NCBI GenBank assembly: GCA_951406725.2
Contig: OX597820.1
Span: 8,184,001 to 8,248,000, forward strand
DNA length: 64,000 nucleotides
Source: Octopus vulgaris
Taxonomy: Eukaryota
Direction of reading: 5' to 3'
Numbering within the stretch: the stretch's first letter is position 1; every line of letters begins with the position of its first letter. This document shows, piece by piece, positions 37,630 to 50,285 of the stretch. The translations under genes and the position numbers were made by a program. The notes under the pieces were generated by a model. That model did no database searches. It saw only the letters and a program-made list of their open reading frames with translations, and was not told where the DNA came from.

Positions 37630-40600
37630 TTACACTCAAAATAAGCAACAAGTATATCTTCGGTAATTCGGTACGATCATTCCATGCTACTTCATTTTAT
37701 TAAACATTGTAAGTATTACATCAATTTTAAAATGTTGAGCAATCTTCAGCCATTTATAGAAGTGTTCCATCAAACAGACAATACATATACTTATTTCCAT
37801 TTCGTTTGGAAATGGAAATAAGTATATGTATTGTCCGTTTGATGGAACGGAACACTTCTATAAATGGATGAAGATTGCTCAACCTTTTTAAAACTGATGT
37901 AATACTTACAATGTTTAATAAAATGAAGTAGCATGAAACGATCGTACCAAATTACAGAAGATATACTTGTTTTGATTATATTCACCCCATTTGATTTATT
38001 TGGATAATACCATACAAAATTCTGATGTCTCTGACTTAAGTACCATATTCATCTGAATCTAAATTTTGCTGAACTTATATATATATATGGATGTTAAATG
38101 ATGATCATGACGATGATGATGATGATGATAGATATATGTACACACACACACATAAATGTGTTTGTAAATTGATCAACATTTATGCATAACACAGCAAATC
38201 TTAGGAAACCTAAAAATAATTTTAAACAGTTAAACTAAAGTTTTTAACTTTCCGCTGTGGGACTTTATGCAGATGTATGTACATTTTGCTATTCTCTTTG
38301 TACAGAGAAAAATAAAGGAGATTACCCAGAAATATTCAGTGGATCACTAGTCACGAGACAACCTGAATATTCCATGGATGCTATGGTGCAGTGAATAGGG
38401 AAGATGGATGATAGAGTGACATGGGGGTGCCACAAGAAGTAGGCTTGGTGCAGATGGGGATCTAAATAAGGCTTAATGAATGAGAAACCAGGGAGGTACC
38501 TTACACAGCCCTATCTCCATATCTAGCCCTTGTTTCAACATTCTTTACATTATGCTATCACTGGTAGAGGGTTCTTCTCCACACCACATGTTGCCCATCA
38601 TCATCATCATCTTCCACAGCTTCCAGTCAGTCTTGACAACTTTGTCCTATGTCTTCCACACTTCACACAGCCGTTACCCCACACTCCATACACACACACA
38701 CGCACTCTACCAACACAAACCTCCTTTCTCTTTTATCATATCTCATTCCTTTACATCCAGTTCTTCTCTCTCAATCTTCATTTCCCTGTCAACTTTACAC
38801 ATCCAATAGAGAAACGGATGTTTCCTTCTCCTCTTCCCAAATCACCTACAATCAAGGCCCATGTTTCACTACTCCACAGTATTACCCCTACAAACAGATA
38901 TTGCAGACACTGAGATAATACCAAGCAAACACAACATCTTGTTAAATCACAAGATTTAAATGTGTGAACAACAGTTTTGTTTCATAAATATTTACAACTA
39001 CTATTATTATTATTATTATTATTATTATATTTATTATTATCAGACAAAGTGCAGAGCGCGATGCATCATCATCATCATCATCGTTTAAAATCCGTTTCCC
39101 ATGCTGGCATGGGTTGGACGGTTCAACTGGGGTCTGGGAAGCCAGGAGGCTGCACCAGGCTCCAATCTGATCTGGCAGTATTTCTACAGCTGGATGCCCT
39201 TGCTAAAGCCAACCACTCCATAAGTGTAATGCATGCTTTTTACGTGCCACCAGCACAGGTGCCAGGGGAGGCTGGCAACGGCCACGATCGGTCGGTGTTT
39301 TTTACGTGCGACCAGCACGGAAGCTAGTCAAGGCGGCACTGGCGTCGGTCACATTCGGATGGTGCTTTTTACGTGCCACCAGTACGGGTATCACGACTAC
39401 AATTTCCTTTTGATTTTCATTTTGATGTTGCTGTACTTGACTCAGTAGGTCTCCTCAAGCACAGCAGGTCGCCCTATGATCCAAGGTACTTTTGAATGGG
39501 CTGGGGCTGGTTATGTGTGACTGGTGGTAGCGGAAACTATCAACAACTTCTAGTTTCTTCCCCTGGAGTGTGATGGAATCTGTTTTCTGAGCATCTATGG
39601 TGTTTATTGCCCCTGTGCATGTTGCACTTGAAAGCTATCTTCTCAGTTAATCTTCTTTGATGTTGCTGCACCTCTTATGTGTCCATAGCTTACACTGGGT
39701 ACATCTTATGGAGTTTCTACCTACACCTTTTCTACAGATCGAGCAGGGCCACCTACCTGAGGGAGTGTGTGATGAGTTCGCCTTCCTACTTACTAGAACT
39801 TTGGTCTTTGCTACATTGACTCTAAGGCCTTTTGATTCTAAACCTTGCTTCCACACCCGAAATTTCTTTTGCGACTACAATAGATAATTAATTGGTTGAA
39901 CGATATTTCAACAGCAAACTTGTCTTTGTCAAGTTCAAAATGAAAAGTGATAAAAATTCAAAGTTCTAGAAATTAAAGTCTAAAGTAGAAAGCCATCCAG
40001 CCATTTCGAAATTTGTGAAGAGTTATGCCAATCCTCTTGAAATATAATTATCATTATTTCTATTCCTAAAATTCCTTTAATACTGTCAGAACAGTTTCCA
40101 TCCAGAAACAGACTTCGTTTGATTGTAGATTTCACGTAAAAGAACCATCCAAACATGGCCGTAGCCAGCGCCGCCTCGACTGGCCTCTGTGCCGGTGGCA
40201 CGTAAAAAGCACCAACCAATATGACTATTGCCAGCCTCGCCTGGCACCTGTGCCGGTGACACGTAAAAAGCACCCACTACACGGAGTGGTTGGCGTTAGG
40301 AAGGGCATCCAGCTGTAGAAACTCTGCCAGATCAGACTGGAGCCTGGTGCAATGACTGGCTTCCCAGACCCAGGTCGAACCGTCCAACCCATGCTGGCAT
40401 GGAAAGCAGACGTTAAACGATGATGATGATGATGAAGGGATTTTATGTGCTCCCCACCTCCCCCTCGACCTCTTTAAACCCCTTTCTTACCCTTCTGCTA
40501 AAACAAATTCTCAGCTCAACAGTCTCAAATTTTTTTTGGAAATAATTGCACATTTGGAAGTGTTTAACAAAAATGCTACACTGTTGTTGTTAATTGCTCT

Positions 40601-42570
40601 GTAAGAAACTTAAAAGCAACACACACACACACTGTGTATGTGTATGTATGTAGAATGAGGGTGAAAAAGAAGAAAGAACATGTTATACTTTACCGAGTCA
40701 CCATACATACAGGCCACCGTTCCAGCTATGACCTCCAGGAGGAAAATAACCAAAAGGAACATAGAGTACTGAAAATAAGAAATACAATGGTAACTGTTAG
40801 AGTGGTGGTGGTGGTGGTGGTGGCTGCAGTGTTGCTGTGTGTGTATATATATGTATGTGCCTGTGTGTGTGTGTATCTATGTGTCTGTGTGTGTGTATAT
40901 ATGTATGTGTAGGTGGCGAGCTGGCAGAAACGTTAGCATGCCAGGTGAAATGCGTAGCCGTATTTCGTCTGCTGTTACGTTCTGAGTTCAAATTCTGCTG
41001 CCGTCAACTTTGCCTTTCATCCTTTCAGGGTCGATAAATTAAGTACCAGTTACGCACTGGGGCCGATGTAATCGACTTAATCCGTTTGTCTGTCTTTGAT
41101 TGTCCCCTCTGTGTTTAGCCCCTTGTGGGTAGTAAAGAAATATATATTTGTATGGTGCTTTTTACGTGCCACCGAACATTAAAGAAGTAATACTGAACCA
41201 GTGCATGTGTCTTCGTTATTATTACTTTAATGTCCCTCCCAAGACACAACAATATATAAAATGGGCTTCTTTCAGTTTCCACCAAACAAATCCACTCACA
41301 GGGTTCTGATCAAACCAGGGCTATAGTAGAAGACACTTGCCCAAGGTGCCATGCAGTGGGACTGAACATGGGACCACATGGTTGGGAAGCAAATTTTTTA
41401 TCCACACAACCATGCCTGAGCCTACATATGTTTTGGCTCCCTAAGAGGGCAACACACATCTCGAGGCACACGAGGGCAACACACATCTCGAGGTACAACA
41501 GAAGACAAACTAACCCAATGTGTATTACACAATTTATTTGTGGAAAGCTGATGATTTACTGAGACCATATTATGATAACGAGCTAAACAGTCTGTTTGGA
41601 AGAACTTTCGGGCCAGGGCCAATGGATAATTTCCAAAGGTCCTTCGTCTGGCAGTGCTAACGAGGGGCTCTGCCTGTTTGAGATAAACTCTACCGGCACG
41701 GAAGTGCCGTCAGCCAAGCCTGCCTGAGGTGCGCCCAGGACAACAAAACTGTTCTGCATGCACTCGTCCAGTGCCTAAGTATTGTTGAACTATGGGTTTA
41801 TGTCAAACAGCTACTGTCGCATACAGGACGGATCCGGCTATCAGCTGAATCCATAGTGAAGACTGCCCCACTGACCTCCTTTAACAAGGAGGGCAAGGCA
41901 GTTTTCCTTTGCCTAGTGGCTGTAGCGAAAGAGGTGATATGGTGGACCCGTTTGAAAGGACTACGGTCAGACACTTTCCTCTTTGGCCAAGGCCTCATCA
42001 ACTTTTTCAAGTTTCACTTGAAAAGGAAGATGAGAGTAGAGAGGGAAGTGCTGTCTTGTAGCAAATTCATTGAAAGGTGGGTGAATGTCAGAAGAATGGC
42101 CAGTATGAACGGACCACTTCTGAGGATACACCTGTGAAAATTAAAAGGTAATATATAAGGAGAAAGGGGCTCTCTACCCAACTTTTAACCAGGCTCCCGT
42201 AGTTTTTATGGGCTTTTCCACAAGTAACCTTTCGAAGCGCCTCCCCCTACTGGGAGTTTTACTTTGTTATATATTTTCGTTGTTATCTTGCATTTTTACA
42301 CGGACCCTTTTCAAATGGACAAAACCCTTTTTGTAACTTTCGTCCTGTGTTTTGTTCCTTTATGTTTTATTTGATTTTTGTTAGCCCTTGTGGCCAATAA
42401 ACGAACGAATTATTATTATTATTATGATCATCATCATCATCATCATTATTATTATTATTATTATTATTGACCTCCTCACCACAGGGTTGTCCATATTGAA
42501 AATATTTCAGCAGTGACCAAGAGAATCATTAGCTTTGAACAACTACACTAGAGAGAGACAGACAGACAGA

Positions 42571-42640
<70 letters not shown>

Positions 42641-42663
42641 GCATGTGTGTGTGTGTGTGTGTG

Positions 42664-42742
<79 letters not shown>

Positions 42743-42766
42743 ATGTGTGTGTGTGTGCATGTGTGC

Positions 42767-42802
<36 letters not shown>

Positions 42803-45800
42803 GTGTGTGTGTGTGTGCATGTGTGTGTGTGTGTGTGTGCGTGCGTGTGTGTGCGCGCGTGTGTGTGCGCGCGTGTGCGTGTGTGTGTGTGTGAAGGAAA
42901 GAGAGAAATCAGAGCAAGGCTACTCACAATCAATAAAAGCAAGGTAGCATTGTTAATGGCGCCGATACATCCGAGGAGACCAATGACCAATATGCTGGCA
43001 CCAGCAGCTATCAGGAGGTAGGTGGCCACAGGGAAGGAGTTGTTGTCCAGCAGTTCGATATAATGGTGTTTCTCTCGCACCAGCCAGATTCCTATTACCA
43101 ATAACACAATGCCGGATATCTGCAATTGGATACAACAACATCATCATCATCGTCATACACTATGCAATCAAGTTACATCATCATCATCAATATCAAACCA
43201 TACCTGCATGTTGATGATGATGATGATGACTATTATCATCATTATCATGACCAGAATAACCTGTTACTAGCCGACAGAACTTTCTAAATGGCACCCCTAA
43301 ATGATAAATCACCTTGAATATTTTAGTGGTGCAGTCCACCAGATGGAGAGCCATGTCTCATGGGGACCACTTTTTGAAAAAGCTTACTCATGCCTCAGCC
43401 ATACCCTCCTCATCATCATCGTCATCATGACCATCATCATCATCACCATCACGACCATCACCATGACCATCATCATCATCATCATCATCATCCTCCTCTT
43501 CAATATGTTGACATGAGTGATGCTGTGTCTGCAGCACCATCAATCACTAGACATCAGAAATTATTTTGCAATTCTTCTTCACCCTCACATCTGACCCCCA
43601 TCACTTCTTTCACATCTAGTTTTTACTCTGGGTAGAGGGGGTCTAACAACAACAACCTACAGTCCTCTCCCACACAGTCACACACACACACTGCCACCAC
43701 CCCTACACATCCAACACTCCCTCCACTTACATCAGTTCACATCTTTTATACCAAGCCATGCTCCCAACTTTACATTCCACCCCTAGGGTCAAAGGTCATC
43801 TTTCAGATATAACACTGGGTCATTGGCAGCCTTTCATAGAGTTTCCTCTTGGAATCAGTTAGACTGTCTCCGACAACATTCTGCTGACCTTCAAATACCC
43901 AACCTGGATATTGACCCCATCAATATGTCTAATGTCCAGTAAAGACTGGACATTAACCATAGCCACAAGGAAGAATGGATGCAAAACAAATAAACACACA
44001 TATTATACATACAACATATCATCATCATCATCGTTTAATGTCTGTTTTCCATGCTGACATGGGTTGGATGGTTTGACTGGGGTCTGGGAAGCCAGGAGGC
44101 TGCACCAAGCTCCAGTCTGATCTGGCAGTGTTTCTACAGCTGGATGCCCTTCCTAACGCCAACCACTCCATGAGTATAGTGGATGCTTTTTATGTGCCAC
44201 TGACACAGGTGCCAGGGGAGGTTGGCAACAACCACGATCAGTCGGTGCTTTTTACGTGCCACCAGCACGGAAACCAGTCAAGGCAGCGCTAGCATCGGCC
44301 ACGTTCAGATGGTGCTTTTTACTTGCCACCAGCACACGTATCACAACTACAATTTCCATTTGATTTTCATTTTGATGTTGATGTACTTGACTCGATAGGT
44401 CTCTTCAAGCACAGCAGGTCACCCTACAATCCAAGGTACTTTTGAATGGGCTGGGGCTGGTTATGTGAAACTGGTGTAGGATACAGCCATGAACTCACTT
44501 TATTTGCCAGGTCTTCGCAGTCAGACCATATCTCCAGAGGTCTCAGTCTTTCGTCATTGCCTCAGTGAGGCCCACCTCATCCCTTATCTTCCTGGGTCTA
44601 CCTCAAGCCGGGATTCCTTCAACTGTTTGGGAGTGGCACTTCTTCACACAGCTCTCCTCATCCATCCATAGTACATGACCATACCAGCATAAACGTCTCT
44701 CCTGCACACCACATCTGATGTTTCTTATGTCCAACATTTCTCTCAGGGCACTTACACTCTGTCGTGTGTGCAAGCTAGCTTCATTTCTTTCAAGCCTACG
44801 CATGTCCTCAGCAGTCACAGACAATGTTTCAGTGCCGTGAGGCATGGCAGTTCGCACACATGCATCATACAATCTACCTTTCACTCTAAGTGAGAGGCCC
44901 TTTGTCACCAGTAGGGGTAGAAGCTTTCTAAACTTTGCCCAGGCTATTCTTATTCAAGTGGTAACACTCTCTCAGCATCCACCCCCACTACTAACTTGGT
45001 CACCTATCAACTACTTCTAGTTTCTTCCCCTGGAGTGTGATGGAATCCGTTTTCTGAGTATCAATGGTGTCTATTGCCCCTGTGCATCTGCCGCACATGA
45101 AAGCTATCTTCTCAGTTAATCTTCCTTTGATGTTGCTGCACTTCTTATGTGTCTATAGCTTACACTGGGTACATCTTATGGAGTTTCTACCTACACCTTT
45201 TCTACAGATCGAGCAGGGCCACCTACCTAAAGGGGTGTGTGGTGTGTTTGCCTTCCTACTTACTAGAACTTTGGTCTTTGCTACATTGACTCTAAGGCCT
45301 TTTCATTCTAAACCTTGCTTCCACACTCGAAATTTCTTTTCTAGTTCCAGTTTGGTTCTACTATGAGGGCCAGGTCATCAGCATAGATGAGCTCCCAGGG
45401 GCAACCCGTCTTGAATTCCTCTGTTATTGCCTGGAGGACTATAATGAATAAAAGGTAACTGAGAGCTGAACCTTAGTGGACCCCTACTTCTACCCGGAAT
45501 TCTTCACTATACTCATTGCCAATCCTAACCTTACTAATGGCCTCTCTGTATAGGGCCTGTACGGCCCTTATTAACCATTTGTCAATCTCCAGTTTCCGCA
45601 TCGCCCACCAGATAAGGGATTGGGGGACACTGTCAAAAGCTTCCTCCAAGTCCACAAAAGCTATGTATAGGGGTTTATCTTTAGCTGGGTATTTCTCCTC
45701 TGGCACAAAACCAAACTGCATCTCATCTAAGCAGACTCTCTCCCTAATAAGATGGGCTATGACCCTCTCTGTGACCTTCGTCACATGATCCAGCAGTTTG

Positions 45801-46242
45801 ATACCCCTGTAGTAATTTCTATCTAGAGCATCACCTTTACCCTTGTAGCAGTTGACTATGGTGCTGCTACGCCAGTCATTGGGTATGACTCCCTCATGAA
45901 CTACCTGGTTTACAATGCCGGTGACTAGGCCATAGCCAACATTACCAGATGTTTCAAGCATCTCAGCAGTGATTCCTGATGGTCTGAAGGCTTTTCCTGG
46001 CTTCATACCAGGAGCTGTCTATTGAGATAGCTGGTCCTTCTACTGGGTCAACATTTGGCAGGTTCTCCTCCTCCCATTCATTCTCCACATTCAGCAGTCT
46101 CTCATAATGGCTTCTCCAAGCCTGTTTCTTTGCAGAATCATTAAACGCAAGTGCACCATCATCCATGCGGACACATTTCTCTCCTGTGACATCACTATTT
46201 TCTCTCACACACTGTCTTGCAATCCGAAATACCTCAGCTACA

Positions 46243-46285
<43 letters not shown>

Positions 46286-46304
46286 CATGTGTGCATGCGT
46301 GCAT

Positions 46305-46339
<35 letters not shown>

Positions 46340-46805
46340 CATGTTGGCACCACATAAAAAACACTTGTGCTGGTGCCTTGTAAAAAGGCACTCAATACAC
46401 TATGTAAAGTGTTTGGCATTAAGAAGGGTGTCCAGCCATAGAAACCATGTCAAAATGGACAAATAGAGTTTGGTACAGCCCTCCAGCCATGCCAGCTCCT
46501 GTCAAACTGCAACCCATGACAGCAAGGAAAAGGGACATTAAATAACTGATGATGATGCATCAGGCTATATTGTATAAATATGAACTGTATGTGTGTGTGT
46601 GTGTGCACATATATATGTGTATATATGTATATATATTATACATAGGCACAGGTATGGCTGAGTGGTAAGAAGCTTGCTTCCCAACAGCATTGTTCCAGGT
46701 TCTGTCCCACTGCATGGCACCTTCGACAAGTGTCTTCTACTATAGCCTCAGGCCAACCAAAGCCTTGTGAGTGGATTTGGTAGACGGAAACTGAAAGAAG
46801 CCCGT

Positions 46806-46884
<79 letters not shown>

Positions 46885-47082
46885 TTGTGTGACTGGGTTT
46901 GTTCCCCGCCATCACTTGACAACAAGAGTTGGTTTGTTTACATTCCCGTAACTTAGCTGTTCGGCAAAAGAGACTGATAGAATAAGTATTAGGGTTACAA
47001 AGAATAAGTCCTGGGGTCAATTTGTTCAACTAAAGGTGGTGATCCAGCATGGTCACAGTCAAATGACTGAAACAATTAAAAG

Positions 47083-47116
<34 letters not shown>

Positions 47117-47225
47117 CACTACATTACTATTTTTATCTACTCACCCAAAAGAAAAAATTAAATACAAGAAACATGTATTTCAAGACCAAATTACTGCAAC
47201 AAGGTTCTCGTTTCAGCTGTCTCAT
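28262..47225 (-). CDS. CD151: Tetraspanin, CD151/TSPAN11-like (whole gene; 7 coding exons 47225-47145,43119-42928,40768-40694,33577-33479,31806-31651,29455-29372,28327-28262; ~250 aa)
   Basis: Four TM segments and an EC2 with CCG, PDSCC, C..RDHPSNIY and a final GC. All introns are phase 0 and GT-AG. The tetraspanin call is firm; CD151 versus TSPAN11 orthology cannot be resolved by eye. Confidence 0.88.
28360..28920 (-). mobile_element. CR1-group LINE 3' end in the last tetraspanin intron
   Basis: LVRPMLEYG...LERVQKLAT...SYEERLKTLDLYSLEKRRRRGDLI; (TAAC)n tail. Confidence 0.88.
29372..29455 (-). CDS. Tetraspanin coding exon 6 ([28 protein letters not shown])
   Basis: Final EC2 GC plus TM4; AG/GTGAGT boundaries. 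Confidence 0.9.
31651..31806 (-). CDS. Tetraspanin coding exon 5 (FRCCGAGYYKDW...PDSCCRTPSIGCAKRDHPSNIYHK)
   Basis: CCG and PDSCC motifs; AG/GTAAG boundaries. Confidence 0.93.
33479..33577 (-). CDS. Tetraspanin coding exon 4 (MNTELKKSLNHTMLESYKYNREKTEAIDKMQIT)
   Basis: EC2 helices ending in DxxQ; AG/GTAAG boundaries. Confidence 0.88.
34205..34247 (+). ncRNA. Degenerate minimal hammerhead motif (duplication copy A)
   Basis: tccaga-CTGATGA-taag-caaaga-ctca-GAAC-catg-TC-tctggg. Confidence 0.45.
36281..36327 (+). ncRNA. Degenerate minimal hammerhead motif (duplication copy B)
   Basis: tctaga-CTGATGA-tgag-caaaga-ctca-AAAA-catgcatg-TC-tctaga; palindromic stem III; G12 is mutated. Confidence 0.5.
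37647..38075. mobile_element. Foldback Penelope-like pLTR remnant; arms 37647-37803 and 37809-37971 each carry a degenerate hammerhead
   Basis: ~160-bp inverted repeat. + arm: aaatgg-ATGAAGA-ttgc...gcat-GAAA-cgatcg-TA-cc. - arm: aaatgg-CTGAAGA-ttgc...gcat-GGAA-tgatcg-TA-cc. Inserted in (TA)n. Confidence 0.65.
39064..39870 (-). mobile_element. RTE LINE fragment (same family, internally deleted)
   Basis: WKQGLESKGLRVNVAKTKVL...WPCSICRKGVGRNSIRCTQCKLWTHKRCS joined to the same 3' UTR. Confidence 0.88.
40694..40768 (-). CDS. Tetraspanin coding exon 3 (YSMFLLVIFLLEVIAGTVACMYGDS)
   Basis: 75-nt TM3 exon with the conserved E..AG; AG/GT boundaries. Confidence 0.9.
41590..42415 (+). mobile_element. 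L1/Tx1-like LINE 3' end
   Basis: C-terminal VAVAKEVIWWTRL...FIERW; T-rich 3' UTR, AATAAA and a simple-repeat tail. Confidence 0.55.
42572..42893. repeat. Long (GT)n microsatellite next to the tetraspanin exon 2 donor
   Basis: ~320 bp of alternating purine-pyrimidine. Confidence 0.97.
42928..43119 (-). CDS. Tetraspanin coding exon 2 (ISGIVLLVIGIW...GLLGCIGAINNATLLLLI)
   Basis: TM1 end, EC1 and TM2 with GCxGA motif; tgcag acceptor and GTGAGT donor. Confidence 0.92.
44020..46230 (-). mobile_element. RTE-clade LINE, 5'-truncated and frameshifted RT, with (GAT)n tail
   Basis: IPNDWRSSTIVNCYKGKGDA...YRGIKLL, QFGF, AFVDLEEAFDSVP, LRVKGRLYDACVR, ERRLCWYGHVL; the 3' UTR ends in catcatcat on +. Confidence 0.93.
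47145..47225 (-). CDS. Tetraspanin coding exon 1 (MRQLKREPCCSNLVLKYMFLVFNFFFW)
   Basis: TM1 motif KYxxxxFNxxFW; GTGAGT donor; the exon acceptor is at 47268-69. Confidence 0.9.
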
Positions 47226-49258
47226 CTTGGTTTCTTCACTAAAAGACTTCTGGGGCAGACTTTCAAGCTAAAAATACAGAAAAACAAGATTAAAGTATTA
47301 AGGAAAAAATGGGTTCTTTTACTGGCATTATAAAAATCAACAGGAAAAAAGGTATTTTAAGAACATATCTCAGGGTTTCACCACAAAATAGAGAATTTTC
47401 TTAGAGAAGGAATAACAGAATATGAACAGCTTTAGGTGTCTGTGATGTGTATCAGTATGGATATTAAATTCCACTATAATCATAATCTATCATCATCATC
47501 ATCATTTAACATCCGTTTTCCATGCTAGCATGGGTTGGACAGTTCGACCGGGGTCTGGTAAGCCATGGAGGCTGCACCAGGCTCTAGTCTGATTTGATAG
47601 TGTTTGTACAGCTGGATGCCCTTCCTAACGCCAACAACTCCGTGAGTGTAGTGGATGTTTTCTATGTGCCACAGCAGGCTGGCAAACGGCCACGATCGGT
47701 TGGCGCTTTTACGTGTCACGGACACGGACACCAGTCAGAGTAACAGGTTTTGTTGAATTTTCTGCTGCTTTAAATAAAGCATATTATTCTACCACTGGTA
47801 TTTGAGTACTCTTTTTTCCACCTTGTTTCACATTTATGTACTTACTCCGGTATCATCATCATCATCATCATCGTTTAACGTCCGTTCTCCATGCTAACAT
47901 GGGTTGGACGGTTCGACCGGGGATCTGGGAAGCCAGAAGGCTGCACCAGGCTCCAGTCTTATCTGGCAATGTTTCTACAGCTGGATGCCCTTCATAACGC
48001 GAACCATTTTAATAATATGAGGGTAAATAATTATTAATTTTAAAATCAACAATTATTTCCGGGTAGATTTCAGTTTGGAAATATAACCATTATCGATAGG
48101 AACTTTTTAAAGAAGTTCTATATATATATAAATGTATATAAATAAAAAGGGGCAAGCAACAGGTTGCTTAGCCACATACCGAAAAATTAGAAATAGCAGT
48201 CAAAGACCTATATACGTGTATATGTTATATGTGGAGTTATATTTGTAGAAAATAGAAATAAGCGGTCTTTGACTGCTATTTCTAATTTTTATATATGTAT
48301 ATATATATGCACCAGATGAACCAACTTCATGGCAGGAGGTGCAGATGAGGGCAGCTGCATCAAACTCTCTCATGCACCAAATGTCAATTGCTAAAAAGCA
48401 TTTGTGAAGTAAAGTCATGTAGCAACACCGCATTGACTGGCCTCCGTTCTGGTGGCACGTAACAAACACCATCCGAGCGTGGCCGTTCGCCAGCCTCGTC
48501 TGGCACCTGTGTCGGTGGCACATAAAAAGCGCCCACTACACTCACGGAGTGGTTGGCGTTAGGAAGGGCATCCAGCTGTAGAAACACTGCCAGATCTGAC
48601 TGGCCTGGTGCAGCCTTCGGGCTTGCCAGACCCCAGTTAAACCGTCCAACCCATGCTAGCATGGATAACGGACGTTAAACGATGATGATGAGGTATGCTA
48701 TGTGTTCAAAGACTGATCTGGACTCAAACAAACACAAGACATCAAATCAAGATTTCTGGTTTTGACAAAAGGCAAGCAATGTCAACGAGAGGAATATAAT
48801 CAATGGCAACAACCCCAGTATTTAACTGGTACTTTGTCAGCCCCAGATGGATGGCAAGGAAAGTTGACCTAGACAGGATTTGAACTCAGTACCTAAAACA
48901 CTATAATGTCTAATGCTGAAATGATTCTTCTACCAGTTGCCTCTAATAAATAAGTAGACAACAAGAAGTTGTTCCTCTTATTTCCAAGTACCATAGGAAG
49001 TTCTTATCTAAACTTAAAGAACCGTTTACCATTTTTGGAGAAATTGTTATCTGACCTCTTCACTGCCAGTTTTTGACACCAACCAAAAGGGTTGGTGCCA
49101 AATAAAGAAGGAATTACGTAAAAGAGGAACTCTCAACTAACTTGACACTTTGTTAATGCCATTTCGTCTGTGCTTGTTTACCAATTCTTTAAAGAGGATT
49201 GGTTAAATACTTAAGTATATATACACAGCTATGATGATGATGATGGTGATGGTGGTGG

Positions 49259-49289
<31 letters not shown>

Positions 49290-49907
49290 TGTTGTTGTTG
49301 TTGTCGTTTAACCCCAGGCCAGTTCTGACTGGGCAGACCAAATGATCAAAGTTGTTTTCAGATTTGGTCATTCTGTAATAGCTTTCAAAATAGTGTGGTT
49401 TGAGGAAAATTTGGGTGTTATTTTTAGCAGGATATATGACCGTGTAAAGTCCACACACACCCCTACACTCTTCATTTCCTCTCATTAACGCTGAACAAAG
49501 GTCAATATCAATCCTAAAACCAGTCATGGTGGTAGCAGTAGTTGATTAATAATTAAAAGGTGTTTTACTTATCTTTATTAGTGCCTGAGGCATTGTTTAC
49601 ACTAGGAAATAGTGGAGGGGGAGAAGGGAAGCAGGAGTCACATGGGTGGTGGTGGTGGAGGAGACATTGCTAATGTCTTTATTAACAAAGAAGGAGTTCA
49701 ATGATTAATGACCATATTAATAGTGAAAGCTGTTTATGACTATACTGTTCCCTGGTCAGTACTGAGTGACCAGAGCCGGCAGTGGTGGTGGTGGTCTGTG
49801 GGACTGAGGTGTGTCAGGACCATGCAGGAGGGGGTGGAAATACTTATAATGACAAATCCTGGGAGGGATGCAGTCAGCTGTCAAGAGAGTAAGCCTTACA
49901 CACTCAG

Positions 49908-50285
49908 TGGAGGCGCAATGGCCCAGTGGTTAGGGCAGCGGACTCGCGGTCGTAGGATCGCGGTTTCGATTCCCAGACCGGGCGTTGTGAGTGTTTATTG
50001 AGCGAAAACACCTAAAGCTCCACGAGGCTCCGGCAGGGGATGGTGGTGATCCCTGCTGTACTCTTTCACCACAACTTTCTCTCACTCTTACTTCCTGCTT
50101 CTGTTGTACCTGTATTTCAAAGGGCCAGCCTTGTCACTCTCTGTGTCACGCTGAATATCCCCGAGAACTACGCTAAGGGTACACGTGTCTGTGGAGTACT
50201 CAGCCACTTACACGTTAATTTCACGAGCAGGCTGTTCCGTTGATCGGAGCAACTGGAACACTCGTCGTCGTAACCAAAGGAGTGC
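49908..50285 (+). mobile_element. SINE family C (tRNA-derived); related copies at 115-225 and 36641-37040 on -
   Basis: ggaggcgcaatggcccagtggttagggcagcgg...gtttcgattccc, with A/B boxes. Confidence 0.85.

Larger units (their letters stand above)
33874..38490 (+). repeat. Old intronic tandem duplication (copy A ~33874-35700, copy B ~35769-38490)
   Basis: Collinear homologous blocks with copy-specific TE insertions. Confidence 0.88.

Noticed and set aside
47226-47267. N-terminal extension of the tetraspanin (open frame upstream of the ATG)
   Set aside because: Only 14 codons. The ATG at 47225 has A at -3 and gives a normal-length N-terminus, and no upstream coding exon was found.
49908-49985. 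tRNA gene
   Set aside because: The tRNA-like head continues into a repeated SINE body, so it is a SINE head and not a stand-alone tRNA.
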